A DNA stretch of 64,000 bases, taken from NCBI GenBank assembly GCA_934446065.1, contig CAKSDP010000003.1, positions 35,349 through 99,348 on the forward strand. The letters run 5' to 3'. Of this stretch, positions 19,784 to 30,604 are shown one piece after another. Made by a program: the position numbers and the translations under genes. Each line of letters opens with the position of its first letter. Within the stretch, counting starts at the first letter, position 1. Source of the DNA: an uncultured Eubacteriales bacterium (GTDB taxonomy: Bacteria > Bacillota > Clostridia > Oscillospirales > CAG-272). The notes beneath the pieces were generated by a model. It saw only the letters and a list, made by a program, of their open reading frames with translations. It ran no database searches and had not been told where the DNA came from.

Positions 19784-21061
19784 TTAACCGAGTATTTTTG
19801 CGCGAGTGCGCTCGAAATCGTGTCTCAGACGCTCTATATCTATCGTTGTATATTCACCTCGCTCATAAAGTATGCAGCCGTCGACCATAGTCATGGCGAC
19901 GTCGTCGCGCGATGCGCTGTAAACCATCTCCGAGATGGGATCTCGCTCTCCCCACATTCCGGCGCGATCTGTCGATACAAGGACAAGATCGGCTGTCATG
20001 CCCTCTCGCACCTCGCTCACGGGAGCGCGTCCCTGCGCTGCCATTCCGCCCGCAGTTGCGGCAGAAAGTGCTTCTGCGGCGGGGGCAAGCGCTGCGTCCC
20101 TCTCGTATCCCTTGTGGAGCAGAGCCATGAGCTGCATTTCCGCCATAACATCAAGCTTATTGTTGGAAGCGGAGCCGTCGCTGCCGAGCGCGACCGTCAC
20201 TCCGGCGTCGCGGAGCCGTCTGTACGGCATGATCCCGCTGCCGAGCTTGAGGTTGCTTCTCGGATTGTGCGCGACTGCGGCGCCGTGGCGCTTCAGTATC
20301 TCTATATCGCCGTCGGTGATCCGGACGGCGTGAGCTGCCGTAACGGGCACGTCAAACACGCCGCATTTCTCAAAGAAGGCGGTGGGTGTCATGCCGCGTC
20401 GGGCGATGCCCTCGTTATGCTCGCGCTCCGTTTCGGAGAGGTGGAGCTGTATTCCCGTGCCGTATTTCTTCGCAAGTTCGGCGACATAGCGGGACATACG
20501 CTCCGTATTCGTATACTCGGCATGGAGCGAAAAATCGGCGCGAAGTCTGCCGTCGGCGGCTCCGTCATAATCCCGCACGAGAGCTTCGCCCTCCGCCGCA
20601 CGCTCGTCTTTCGCGGGATCGGCGGTATCGTCAAACGATACGATCGAGCGCGACAGGCGTGCGCGGATACCGGTACTTATTACGCTTTCGGCGATAGCGT
20701 AACAGAAGAAATACATATCGGAGAACGATGTTACGCCGCCGCGCAGCATCTCCGCGATTGCCGCAAGAGAGCCGATATACGCCGCAGCACTGTCAAGCTT
20801 ATCCTCCGCCGGATATATGAAATCCTCGAGCCAGCTCTGTAGCTTCACGTCGCTGCCGATGCCGCGAAGAAGCGTCATGGGCACGTGAGTATGCGCATTC
20901 ACGAATCCCGGCGAGAGTATCCCGCCGACACAGTCGATCACACGCTCGGGGGAGATGCCGTCCGGCACCTCTCCGATCCTTGCGACCTTTGTGCCGTCTA
21001 TAAGGACATCGGTCGGTGCGCCGTCTCCGCCGACGCAGACCGCATTTTTCAGAAGTATCAT
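19784..21061 (-). CDS. mtaD: amidohydrolase, 5-methylthioadenosine/S-adenosylhomocysteine deaminase-like
   Basis: GFVNAHTHVPMTLLRG metal-binding motif, later HLSET and SDGSASNN motifs of the MtaD/chlorohydrolase family; 425 aa. Confidence 0.7.
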   Translation of the reverse strand: MILLKNAVCVGGDGAPTDVLIDGTKVARIGEVPDGISPERVIDCVGGILSPGFVNAHTHVPMTLLRGIGSDVKLQSWLEDFIYPAEDKLDSAAAYIGSLAAIAEMLRGGVTSFSDMYFFCYAIAESVISTGIRARLSRSIVSFDDTADPAKDERAAEGEALVRDYDGAADGRLRADFSLHAEYTNTERMSRYVAELAKKYGTGIQLHLSETEREHNEGIARRGMTPTAFFEKCGVFDVPVTAAHAVRITDGDIEILKRHGAAVAHNPRSNLKLGSGIMPYRRLRDAGVTVALGSDGSASNNKLDVMAEMQLMALLHKGYERDAALAPAAEALSAATAGGMAAQGRAPVSEVREGMTADLVLVSTDRAGMWGERDPISEMVYSASRDDVAMTMVDGCILYERGEYTTIDIERLRHDFERTRAKILG

Positions 21062-21076
21062 ATGCTCACCGTCCGT

Positions 21077-21988
21077 TCATCCGATAAACTCGCGTATTAC
21101 GGAATTCCCGGGCACGAGCGACGGGGATATCGCATACGGGGCTATTGACTCAAGCTTCTCGAGAATATGCTTTGCCGCAGGGTATTCCGAGCTGTACAGA
21201 TCGACTCCGTGCAGGATGTCGCACACCTCGGGGCACATCACGTACAGGTCATACGGCACGGTAGAATCAATGGTGATCTCCGCGTCGGCAGACGGCGGGA
21301 AGATATTCGCTTCCTCGTTTATGCGGACGCCGTCCCACAGGCGGAGCGTGAACTCTCCGTTCGACGATCTGAATTTGTAGTCGCGGAGGAGGCGGCGTAC
21401 AAGCCTGATCTCGTCCGGCAGGAACAGCGTGCCGTCGGCGTTCACCGACGATGCCACGTTTATAAACACGCGGCGTGTTGCGGCGGGGTCGAATGATTTG
21501 TAGATCTCGGGGTACATCGCCTGTATTCCCTCGAAGATGTAGACGTCGTTCTCCTGCGGCACGATCGTCCGGAAGCCGTCGCGGCGGCATTTCTTGAAAT
21601 CATAAATGGGCAGCGACGCTTCCCTGCCGCAGAACAGATCCGATGTGAAGCGCTCAAATGTTTCGAGGTCGAGTGCGCTCGGGGACTCGTAATCCGGCAC
21701 CTGTTTGCGGTCGAGCAGCATATCGCGGTCGAAATAAAAATCGTCGATCGACACGGGCACGACACGTCTTCCCGAATCGGTCAGGTAACCCTCAAGCTTT
21801 CCCGCAGTAGTGGTCTTGCCGGAGCAGGACGGTCCCGACATCGCTACCGTATGGACCGACTCTCCGCTCACGATCTCCTTTGCCGCTGCGGCGACATTCT
21901 CCTCAAAATTCCGCTCCCACATTGATATTACGTCGCCGACTTCGGTCGCGGCGCCAAGTGCAAGCTCGATTATGCGTTCCGTATTCAT
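21077..21988 (-). CDS. uridine kinase-family nucleoside kinase (start probably MNTERI)
   Basis: P-loop GPSCSGKTT and IYDFKK...YIFEGI motif resembling Udk; ORF-track start adds 40 aa without homology. Confidence 0.55.
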   Translation of the reverse strand: MNTERIIELALGAATEVGDVISMWERNFEENVAAAAKEIVSGESVHTVAMSGPSCSGKTTTAGKLEGYLTDSGRRVVPVSIDDFYFDRDMLLDRKQVPDYESPSALDLETFERFTSDLFCGREASLPIYDFKKCRRDGFRTIVPQENDVYIFEGIQAMYPEIYKSFDPAATRRVFINVASSVNADGTLFLPDEIRLVRRLLRDYKFRSSNGEFTLRLWDGVRINEEANIFPPSADAEITIDSTVPYDLYVMCPEVCDILHGVDLYSSEYPAAKHILEKLESIAPYAISPSLVPGNSVIREFIG

Positions 21989-22031
21989 TTGGATATCCTT
22001 TCTCTCCGGCAGTAACCGGGGCTCTCTGTAT

Positions 22032-23537
22032 TCATCCGTGGTTTTTATAAAACTCGACCGCCCGCGAGCGCATGAGATCTCGTCTTTCGCGCCCGACATC
22101 TCCGGCATGATCCTTTAGATATTCATATGGGTATTTCATCTCAAATATTCGCTCGATCTCCTGCTTTCCGCTCGCCTTGTCAGTAAGCGTCATTCTTGTG
22201 ACGGACGAAGCTCCGACGCCGAACACCGTATGCACCTCTTCCATCATGTAGATATTGTAGAGGCCCTCGCATCCGGGCAGCGCATAGCCGGTATTTTCGA
22301 GATTTGCGACCGTGTTTTTCTGGCGGTACATATAGTACGGGGCGTAACCTTCGGCGCAGAGCATTTTCTGCGCACGGCTGACCGAAATTCCCGCATCCGT
22401 GTTCTCGCGGGAGAAGACGCCCTCCTCCTTGAATTCGGAGGATTTCTTCACCGTGAAGGTATGCACCGTGACATTTTCGGGGCGGAGCGCTGCTACCCTT
22501 CCGAGCGAATCCGCAAAGCTGTCGGCGCTCTCTCCCGGAAGTCCCGCGATAAGGTCAACATTTATCTGCGGGATCCCGGCGGCGCGGGCGGCATCGAATG
22601 CACGGAAAAACTGCTCGGGCGTATGGCTGCGCCCGATATTTTCAAGTATCTGCGGATTCAGCGTCTGCGTATTGACGCTGACGCGGTTAACACCGTTCGC
22701 CCGCAGGATACGCATTTTCTCATCACTGATCACATCGGGGCGGCCCGCCTCGAAATCAAGCTCCGCTGCGTTGTCGCCGAACTCGCGGCGGACGTGCGCA
22801 AGCAGGCGGTCTATCTGACTCTCCGTAAGTATTGCCGGTGTTCCGCCGCCGACATATATTGAAGCGACGGTAAGTCCGAGTTCACGGACGGTATCGGCGA
22901 CAGCCGTAATATCAAGACACAGGGCATCGAGGTATTCCGGAATGAGCGAAAAAAGGCGCGGGGACGCGACGGAGACGAACGAGCAATACCTGCACTTTGT
23001 CGGGCAGAACGGGATCGCGATATATATGCTGCATCTGCCGTTCTCGTCCGGCAGGATGAAGCGCCTTTCCGATTCGGCGACGCTCACCGCGAGCGATGAT
23101 TTATCATCCGACGCGCCGTACACGCTTGTGAGATACGCGGCGCACTCCGCCGGCGTTTTTCCGGAATCGAGCAGAGCCGATGCGACGCGTGCGGGACGGA
23201 CGCCGGTGAGTATTCCCCACGGTGGGATATAGCCCGTAAGCTCGGTTGCCGCGCACTGAAGCGCACGCCCTGCGGCGATCTTTGCGCATTTGTCGGCATC
23301 CGCAAGCGCAAGCTCCGACGTACTGCACGTTTTTTCGGATGATGCGGTTCTGCCGTCCGCCGTAAGCGTGACAGATGCCGCAGCGCCGTCGGGGGTATCG
23401 TGCACCGAGAACTCACACACGGTGGACTCGGCAGCGCGCGCCGCCTCGTCATCCGGGAACTTCTCACCCGGGAAATAGATCAGGCACAGCGTTTCGGCGT
23501 AGTAGCGGTTGATGTTTCCGTTTACGGTCAGCTTCAT
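22032..23537 (-). CDS. radical-SAM oxygen-independent coproporphyrinogen-III oxidase-like protein (HemN/HemZ family)
   Basis: CxxxCxxC radical SAM motif (CPTKCRYCSF), GGGTP motif, 501 aa with N-terminal extension as in HemZ. Confidence 0.7.
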   Translation of the reverse strand: MKLTVNGNINRYYAETLCLIYFPGEKFPDDEAARAAESTVCEFSVHDTPDGAAASVTLTADGRTASSEKTCSTSELALADADKCAKIAAGRALQCAATELTGYIPPWGILTGVRPARVASALLDSGKTPAECAAYLTSVYGASDDKSSLAVSVAESERRFILPDENGRCSIYIAIPFCPTKCRYCSFVSVASPRLFSLIPEYLDALCLDITAVADTVRELGLTVASIYVGGGTPAILTESQIDRLLAHVRREFGDNAAELDFEAGRPDVISDEKMRILRANGVNRVSVNTQTLNPQILENIGRSHTPEQFFRAFDAARAAGIPQINVDLIAGLPGESADSFADSLGRVAALRPENVTVHTFTVKKSSEFKEEGVFSRENTDAGISVSRAQKMLCAEGYAPYYMYRQKNTVANLENTGYALPGCEGLYNIYMMEEVHTVFGVGASSVTRMTLTDKASGKQEIERIFEMKYPYEYLKDHAGDVGRERRDLMRSRAVEFYKNHG

Positions 23538-24010
23538 TTTTCCGCACTCTCCGCATGACGGACTCCGAGCGCTTCACTGTCGAGGATTATTGTGACGGGA
23601 CCGTCGCCCGACATATCGACCGTCATATCGGCGCCGAACTCGCCGCACTCCGTATGGACGCCGAGAGCGCGAAGCTCCTCTGCAAACATTGAAAAATAGC
23701 TGCGCGCGATATCGGGCGCAAGGCTTTTCGTGAAATCGGGGCGTCTGCCGTGGCGGCACGATGCCGCAAGTGTGAAATTCGGCACGGCGAGAATCTGCCC
23801 GCCTATATCTATGACCGAACGGGACATCTTCCCTCTCTCGTCCGGAAAGATCCGCAGCTCAGCCGCTTTTTTTGCGACGGTACGCAGGTCGGTCTCGCTG
23901 TCGCCGTCCGCAAATCCCGCAAGGATCAACAGCCCCTTGCCGCACTTGCCGACGATATTTCCGTCCACGGTGACCGATGCCGATACAACTCTCTGAAGCA
24001 CTGCTGTCAT
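23534..24010 (-). CDS. dtd: D-aminoacyl-tRNA deacylase
   Basis: 158 aa; SQFTL-like motif (VPNFTLAAS), GLLILAGF; conserved relA-dtd pairing. Confidence 0.9.
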   Translation of the reverse strand: MTAVLQRVVSASVTVDGNIVGKCGKGLLILAGFADGDSETDLRTVAKKAAELRIFPDERGKMSRSVIDIGGQILAVPNFTLAASCRHGRRPDFTKSLAPDIARSYFSMFAEELRALGVHTECGEFGADMTVDMSGDGPVTIILDSEALGVRHAESAEK

Positions 24011-24041
24011 GTGTTATGCCTTTCGATTGCGAATATTTTTA

Positions 24042-26276
24042 TCAGCTGAAGCCGCGGACTATGCTCGTCACGCTGTTTATGGACTTCAGTCTTGAAACTA
24101 TCGAATTATAGTGGTCGATATCCTTACATCCGACGGTGAGGTTGATTATCACGTCGTCATCCGTATTCTTCTTGGTATTGATCTGTATGATCGAGACCTT
24201 CATATCCGCAAGAGCCATGGAAATATCGGCGATAAGCGATATACGGTTCTCCGCGAATATCTGTATCATTGCCTCGAACGTCTTACGCGAGCGCTCGCCG
24301 ACCTCCTCGCTGTCCCACTCGGCATGTATCCAGCGATTGAAGAACTCGGGGCTTTTCATTCCGCTTATAACATTCGGGCAGTCCCTCTTGTGGATCGAGA
24401 TACCGTAGCCCTTGGTGATATAGCCGATAACGGGATCGCCCGGCAGCGGGTTGCAGCATTTCGCAAACTTGACGGCGCAGCCGTACTGACCGTCCACGAT
24501 TATTCCGCCGGAAGCGCTCTTGTGATGGTGCGCGACAGTCTTGACCTGCGACACATCCGTGATCGGCTGCGCTTCCTCCTCGGGCTTGCACACGCGCTCG
24601 TACTCGTCGCGCAGCTTCACTGCGATCTTTGTTACGGCAAGGCCGCCGTAGCCGATCGTATTGTAGAGATCCTCGGCTTCCTGCATACCGATGCGGTGTG
24701 CGACACCCTCGACGATTTCCGTCTTTTTGTCCTCGGGAATACGCCGCGACAGCTTTGCAAGCTCACGGTCAATCTCGCTGCGTCCGACCTCGATATTGTC
24801 GGAGCGCATCTCCTTCTTGAACCACTGTCTGATCTTATTGCGCGCCTCGCTCGTTTTCACGATCTTGAGCCAGTCACGGCTCGGGCCGCGCGATGCCTGG
24901 GATGTGATGATCTCGACGATCTCGCCGTTCTGCGGAACGCGGTCGATCGGTGCGATCATTCCGTTGATCTTTGCGCCGATCATGCGGTTTCCGACCTCGG
25001 TATGGATCGAATATGCAAAGTCGATTATGGTGGAGCCCTGCGGCAGAGCGACCACGTCGCCCTTCGGGGTAAATACGAACGTTTCGTCGTTGAAGATATC
25101 GTTCTTGAGCGCACTCATGAACTCGTCGGGGTCGATCGTCTCGTTCTCCGTATCAACAAGCTTCGCGATCCACGAAAGCTTCTTGTCGATCTCCTCCTTG
25201 CTGCGCTCGCCGGACTTGTACTTCCAGTGAGCCGCGATACCGTATTCGGCGACATGGTGCATATCCTTGGTACGTATCTGCACCTCAAATGGGATTCCGT
25301 CGCTGCCGATGACGGTCGTATGAAGCGACTGGTACATATTCGGCTTCGGCGTTGAGATATAGTCCTTGAATCTGCCGGGCATGGATTTGAACAGCTCGTG
25401 GATAATTCCGAGCGCGGTATAGCACTCAAGCTCGGTATCGACGATTATTCTGAGGGCGTAGAAGTCGTATATCTCGTCAAAGCTCTTATTCTGGTTGAAC
25501 ATCTTGCGGTAAATGCTGTACACCGTTTTGACGCGCCCCTCGAGGGTAAAGTGTATTCCGTACTCCTCAAGCTTATCGGAGATATACGAGCGCACCTTCT
25601 CGATGAAGTCGCGGTTGCGGCCGTACTTTTTCTCGATATCGGCGCTGACCTCCTTATACCCGATGGGGTCGAGGTATTGCAGAGCGAGATTCTCAAGCTC
25701 CTGCTTGATCTTCTGGATACCGAGACGGTGAGCGAGCGGCGCATACACGTGCATCGTTTCGAGCGCGGTGGTACGTCTCTTGTTCTCCGGCTTTGCGTCG
25801 AGCGTGCGCATATTGTGCAGTCTGTCGCACAGCTTTATGAATATAACACGGATATCCTTCGACATCGCGAGAAGCATTTTACGGATGTTCTCCATATGTG
25901 CTTCTTCTTTATCGACGATACTGATATCCGCCATTTTCGTGAGTCCGTCGACGAGAAGTGCTACATCGTCGCCGAACTTCGAGCGGATCACGTCAAGGCT
26001 CGTTTTATCCGAGCAGTCCTCGATCGTATCGTGAAGAAACGCCGCGCAGATCGAGTCTGTGTCGAGTCCGAGCGCAGCGGTGATCTCCGCGACCGCGACG
26101 GGATGGACGATATACGGCTCACCCGAGTTGCGGAACTGCCCCTCGTGCAGCTCGCGCGCATACTTGAATGCCTCGTATATCTTGTCCATATTGTACTTCT
26201 TACCGCTCGTTTCGAGCATGGTGAAGAACTTGCCGACAAGGGCGTCCTCCTCGGGCGTCAGTTTGATCTCATTCAT
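24042..26276 (-). CDS. relA: bifunctional (p)ppGpp synthetase/hydrolase RelA/SpoT (start at MNEIKL with AAAGGA RBS)
   Basis: HD domain (HPVAVAEI, FLHDTIED), synthetase domain (YSIYRKM), TGS, ACT; about 744 aa. Confidence 0.9.
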   Translation of the reverse strand: MNEIKLTPEEDALVGKFFTMLETSGKKYNMDKIYEAFKYARELHEGQFRNSGEPYIVHPVAVAEITAALGLDTDSICAAFLHDTIEDCSDKTSLDVIRSKFGDDVALLVDGLTKMADISIVDKEEAHMENIRKMLLAMSKDIRVIFIKLCDRLHNMRTLDAKPENKRRTTALETMHVYAPLAHRLGIQKIKQELENLALQYLDPIGYKEVSADIEKKYGRNRDFIEKVRSYISDKLEEYGIHFTLEGRVKTVYSIYRKMFNQNKSFDEIYDFYALRIIVDTELECYTALGIIHELFKSMPGRFKDYISTPKPNMYQSLHTTVIGSDGIPFEVQIRTKDMHHVAEYGIAAHWKYKSGERSKEEIDKKLSWIAKLVDTENETIDPDEFMSALKNDIFNDETFVFTPKGDVVALPQGSTIIDFAYSIHTEVGNRMIGAKINGMIAPIDRVPQNGEIVEIITSQASRGPSRDWLKIVKTSEARNKIRQWFKKEMRSDNIEVGRSEIDRELAKLSRRIPEDKKTEIVEGVAHRIGMQEAEDLYNTIGYGGLAVTKIAVKLRDEYERVCKPEEEAQPITDVSQVKTVAHHHKSASGGIIVDGQYGCAVKFAKCCNPLPGDPVIGYITKGYGISIHKRDCPNVISGMKSPEFFNRWIHAEWDSEEVGERSRKTFEAMIQIFAENRISLIADISMALADMKVSIIQINTKKNTDDDVIINLTVGCKDIDHYNSIVSRLKSINSVTSIVRGFS

Positions 26277-26304
26277 TTGGTTGATCCTTTCAAAATCGGC
26301 GGCA

Positions 26305-28482
26305 TCACGCGTCCGCCGCACGAAGCGCCTGAATCAGGCGGGAATTTTCAAGGTTTCGTTTTTCCGTTGTACGTATGTAGGTGAAGCGGTAGGCTTCAAG
26401 CACGGGGTCGATGCACTCGGCACCGATTAGCTGCATCTCGTCAAGCACGAGGATCGCTATGCGCAGCTTTACATAGCCGACAGAAACCCCGCTCGAGCGC
26501 ATGAGATTTGTAAGTGCGCGGATGCTGAATATCTCATGATCCATGCGAAGCTCGTTGCGGAGCAGGCTGTACACGGACGCGAAATCGTCACGCGTCGGGA
26601 TATTGCCGCGCACAAGCTCGAGCGGGATTGCCGCGCCGCGCTCATAACAGTCGATAATTTCGGCAAATTTATCCGACTCTGTGCACTCGCGGAGATACGC
26701 GCTCTGAGTAAGGCGGAGATCCTTCACGATAAACTGAAGGCTTTTATGCCCCTGAAACTCGTTTATATCAAGGGTAAACAGGACGTCCACCTCGTCGCCC
26801 GGATACACGTCGTAATCCTCGGGAATATGCCTGAAGCACATGGCGGACACGTATTCCGAGCCGCATTTCAGGGTGAATTTCGTATGCTTGCCCGCGCCGA
26901 CGGTACCGAGGTCGGTAACGGGAACTGAATTCATTCGGAAAACAGGCATGGGATTTGCGACGCCGAACGGCTCGAGCAGATAAAGCTCCGACGCCTGACG
27001 CATGGTCACGTCGTCCTTTGTGATCAGCATCTCGTAATCGACGGTCGGAGGATGCGGTTCCGTACCGAGCGACTGTTCCGCAAAAGCCGAAAGTCTCTCT
27101 CTCAGCGCAGGCAGATTCTCACGCTTGACGGAAAGTCCTGCGGCGAGCTCATGTCCGCCGTACTTCTCAAGCAGGTCGGAGCACGAATGAAGCGCTTCGA
27201 CGAGGTTCATCCCCTTCACGCTTCTGCCGGAGCCTTTTCCGATATCATCACCGGACGGCTCTCCGTCAACCGAGCCTTCAAATGATATGAGGATCGACGG
27301 GCGTGCGTACTTTTCGGTGATGCGCGACGCCACGATCCCGATGATCCCGTGGTGCCACGAATCATCGTCGAGCACGATGACGGGCGCTGTACGCAGTTCT
27401 GCGTCCGCCTCGATCTTGGCGCTCGCCGAATCCGCGATAACGTTCTCCTCGTGCTGCCTTTCGCAGTTGATCTCGCAAAGCTTCTGCGCAAGGCGGTCGG
27501 CTTTGATCCTGTCCTGTTCAAGGAAAAGCGAGACGGCGATACCCGCGCTGCTTATGCGGCCGGCGGCGTTGATCCTCGGGGCGATGGAGAAGCTGATATA
27601 GCCGGATGTTATCTTCCTTGCAGCCGACTGCTTCTTTGACTCTCCCGCGACGGCATCCATGAGGGCGACAAGCCCCGGACGGTCGCTGTGCTCGATGCGG
27701 GCAAGTCCCGCCGAGACGATCAGTCGGTTCTCGTCCTTGAGCGGCATGACATCGGCGACGGTGCCTATTGCGACGAGGTCGATATACCTCTCCGCCACAC
27801 GCTTTGCCGCGGCGTACATATCATCTCCGGAGTGCAGCTTTTCAAGCGCACAAAGGAGCTTGAACACGACGCCGACGCCCGCAAGCTCTTTGAACGGGTA
27901 TTCGCAGTCGGGGCGGTGCGGATTCACGACGGCATAGGCATCCGGCAGCTCGCTGTGACATTCGTGGTGATCGGTAACGATCAAAGTCATTCCGAGATCG
28001 CGGCAGAGCGCCGCCTCGGCTACGGCTGTGATTCCGGTATCGACTGTTATGACAAGCGACACGCCGTCGGACGAAAAGCTTCGCACGGCGCTCTCGGACA
28101 TTCCGTAGCCTTCGCCGATACGGTTGGGTATATAGTAATCCGCGTTTGCGGAAATTGATCTCAAATATAAAAGAAGCGCGCTGACGGACGTAACTCCGTC
28201 AACGTCGTAATCGCCGTACACGATAATTTTCTCGCCCGACGACACCGCATCAAGAATACGGCGTGCGGCAGGCTCCATATCTTTCATCAAAAACGGATCG
28301 TGAAGAAGGGCTTCCTTTTTCGCGATGAACGCATCGGCGGCATCGCTTCCGGTACATCCCCTGTTCGCGAGTAGCTCAGCCGTCACCGGGGTGACGCCGA
28401 GGTCGGCTGCGATCGCCGATATATCGGAACCGTCTGCCCTGCGTCCGTTTGTCAGGTTCCATTCATATTTGTATTTTCTCAT
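26305..28482 (-). CDS. recJ: single-stranded-DNA-specific exonuclease RecJ
   Basis: DHH motifs (YGDYDVDGVTS, VTDHHE), DHHA1 domain, 725 aa. Confidence 0.9.
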   Translation of the reverse strand: MRKYKYEWNLTNGRRADGSDISAIAADLGVTPVTAELLANRGCTGSDAADAFIAKKEALLHDPFLMKDMEPAARRILDAVSSGEKIIVYGDYDVDGVTSVSALLLYLRSISANADYYIPNRIGEGYGMSESAVRSFSSDGVSLVITVDTGITAVAEAALCRDLGMTLIVTDHHECHSELPDAYAVVNPHRPDCEYPFKELAGVGVVFKLLCALEKLHSGDDMYAAAKRVAERYIDLVAIGTVADVMPLKDENRLIVSAGLARIEHSDRPGLVALMDAVAGESKKQSAARKITSGYISFSIAPRINAAGRISSAGIAVSLFLEQDRIKADRLAQKLCEINCERQHEENVIADSASAKIEADAELRTAPVIVLDDDSWHHGIIGIVASRITEKYARPSILISFEGSVDGEPSGDDIGKGSGRSVKGMNLVEALHSCSDLLEKYGGHELAAGLSVKRENLPALRERLSAFAEQSLGTEPHPPTVDYEMLITKDDVTMRQASELYLLEPFGVANPMPVFRMNSVPVTDLGTVGAGKHTKFTLKCGSEYVSAMCFRHIPEDYDVYPGDEVDVLFTLDINEFQGHKSLQFIVKDLRLTQSAYLRECTESDKFAEIIDCYERGAAIPLELVRGNIPTRDDFASVYSLLRNELRMDHEIFSIRALTNLMRSSGVSVGYVKLRIAILVLDEMQLIGAECIDPVLEAYRFTYIRTTEKRNLENSRLIQALRAADA

Positions 28483-28528
28483 ATTTTACAGTGTTCCATT
28501 CTGATTTTGCTCTTTTTGTGCGTCCGCA

Positions 28529-28975
28529 TTATTTCAAGTGTTTGTTCGCATTTTCGACAATTGCGGTTATTCTGATCTCAGGCTCCCGAGCACGCTTTCG
28601 CTTTTCTGCAATCGCCGATATCCCGAATGCGGCAGCAAATCCTGCGATTGCCGAAATCAGTGATGCGTTCTGATTCGCCGAAAAATGATATGCAGCCGCA
28701 TAAAATGCTGCGGCGATGATAAGCGGCAGGAGAAACAGCATCGCTGCGGGGAGCAGGACGGAGGATTCGCCCGCTTCGACCGTCACAACATCGCCGACTG
28801 CGGCACCGACAGGGTTCTTCGCACGCGCACGTGCACTTTTGCCTTTGCCGAATATTCTCGCCATGGGGCACGACGATCCGCAGGAATTATGGCAGCCGTC
28901 GCACATAGCTGCACGCGAGACTTCGACCACGGCGTAACCGTCCGCCGTCCCGACGACCTTGGCTCTCTGCGTCAT
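28529..28975 (-). CDS. RseC/MucC-family small membrane protein (SoxR-reducing-system component-like)
   Basis: 148 aa; N-terminal Cys cluster (CDGCHNSCGSSC) then two TM helices, layout of RseC/PF04246. Confidence 0.55.
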   Translation of the reverse strand: MTQRAKVVGTADGYAVVEVSRAAMCDGCHNSCGSSCPMARIFGKGKSARARAKNPVGAAVGDVVTVEAGESSVLLPAAMLFLLPLIIAAAFYAAAYHFSANQNASLISAIAGFAAAFGISAIAEKRKRAREPEIRITAIVENANKHLK

Positions 28976-29002
28976 GCCGACACCCCCTCGATTTCAAACA
29001 TC

Positions 29003-30604
29003 TCAATCGGATATATGCTTCGGCGGAGCAAATTCCGCCATGATCGCACGCGCGGTACGGATCCCGTCAACAGCCGCACTCATTATGCCGCCTGCGTATC
29101 CGGCGCCCTCTCCGCACGGGTATATATTGCCGCCGAAGGTGATCCGCCTGTCCTCGCCGCGCATTATGCGCACCGGGGCGGATGTTCTCGTTTCAACTCC
29201 GGTGAGCACCGCATCAGGTGCATTGAAGCCGCTGATCTTTTCGCCGAATTTTCTTATGCCGACCATAAGCATATCGCTCACAAAATCCGGCAGGACGGAC
29301 ACAAGATCCGTCTCGGTCACTTTTCCGTTCATGTATGTCGGCACGACGTCCTTTACGCTGCCGCTGCCACCGAGGAATTTTCCGACCGGCTGCATCGGGG
29401 CTGCAAAATTGCCGCCGCCCGCCGCAAAGGCTTTATGCTCAAGCTCGCGCTGAAACGATATTGCGCCGATGGCACTTCCGCCGAAATCCTCCGGCAGGAC
29501 GGACACGGCGAGTGCGGCATTGGAATTTCTGCCGTCGCGGGCGTGATAGCTCATGCCGTTCGTGACGACACCGCCCTCCTCCGACGCGGCAGGGACCACT
29601 ACTCCGCCGGGGCACATACAGAACGTATAGACCCCGCGCGCACCGGTGCGGTATGACAGCGCGTACTCCGCCGGAGGCAGTATTCCGAGCGCGGCGGCAT
29701 CGCCGTACATGGCGCGGTCGATGCTCTCACGCAGATGCTCCACCCTGACACCGACCGAAAACGGTTTCGGTATCACGGGATAGCCGTGATTCATAAGGAA
29801 GCTGTACGTATCACGCGAGCTGTGACCGATGGCGAGCACAAGTGCGCCGAACGGTATCGACGCGCCGCCGACTCCGACCGCGCCATCGGATATCTCATCA
29901 ACGCATCTGCCGTACTCGACCGTTCCGCCGAGACGGCGCACCTCACTGTCGATATTTGAGACAATCAGCCGCAAGATGTCCGTACCGATATGAGGCTTTG
30001 CCTGCCACAATATCGACTCGTCGGCGCCGAAGCGCACGAACTCATCGAGCACGCGCCCGCAGTATTTATCGCCGATCCTCGTAGTAAGCTTGCCGTCGGA
30101 GAATGTGCCGGCACCGCCTGCGCCGAACTGAATGTTCGACCTCGGCGAAAACTCGCCGCCGCTCATGAATCGCTCCACGGCTGCGGCACGCGATGCGACA
30201 TCTCCGCCGCGCTCGAGCACGAGCGGAGCATAGCCGTTCCGCGCAAGCTCAAGCGCACAGAACATTCCGGCGGGGCCGAAGCCGACTATCACCGGTCGAT
30301 GCTCAAGGGGGCGTGAGCCGAAGCAAAGCTCGTCCGGCTCATCCGCGATAAGCTTCAGGTCGCGGACGCCCTTCAGGCGCTCAGCCGTTCCCGGGTCGAG
30401 CGCGGCTCTCGCCGACACGGAGCAGACGAGGAGAATGTTATCCTTGTGTCTCGCGTCGATGGACTTCCGCCTGATGCGGACGCGCTCGACCGCGCCGAGG
30501 ATCCCGGCACGGCGAAAGATATGCTTTGCTTTGTCGAGCGCTTCCCTCTCGTCGGCGCCGACCGGTATTTTAAGATTTTCTGCAATTACGGTGTAGTTTG
30601 TCAT
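29003..30604 (-). CDS. FAD-dependent oxidoreductase (COG2509-type 'FAD-dependent protein')
   Basis: Rossmann dinucleotide motif VIVGFGPAGMFCALELARNG; 533 aa; family commonly annotated NAD(FAD)-utilising dehydrogenase. Confidence 0.65.
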   Translation of the reverse strand: MTNYTVIAENLKIPVGADEREALDKAKHIFRRAGILGAVERVRIRRKSIDARHKDNILLVCSVSARAALDPGTAERLKGVRDLKLIADEPDELCFGSRPLEHRPVIVGFGPAGMFCALELARNGYAPLVLERGGDVASRAAAVERFMSGGEFSPRSNIQFGAGGAGTFSDGKLTTRIGDKYCGRVLDEFVRFGADESILWQAKPHIGTDILRLIVSNIDSEVRRLGGTVEYGRCVDEISDGAVGVGGASIPFGALVLAIGHSSRDTYSFLMNHGYPVIPKPFSVGVRVEHLRESIDRAMYGDAAALGILPPAEYALSYRTGARGVYTFCMCPGGVVVPAASEEGGVVTNGMSYHARDGRNSNAALAVSVLPEDFGGSAIGAISFQRELEHKAFAAGGGNFAAPMQPVGKFLGGSGSVKDVVPTYMNGKVTETDLVSVLPDFVSDMLMVGIRKFGEKISGFNAPDAVLTGVETRTSAPVRIMRGEDRRITFGGNIYPCGEGAGYAGGIMSAAVDGIRTARAIMAEFAPPKHISD

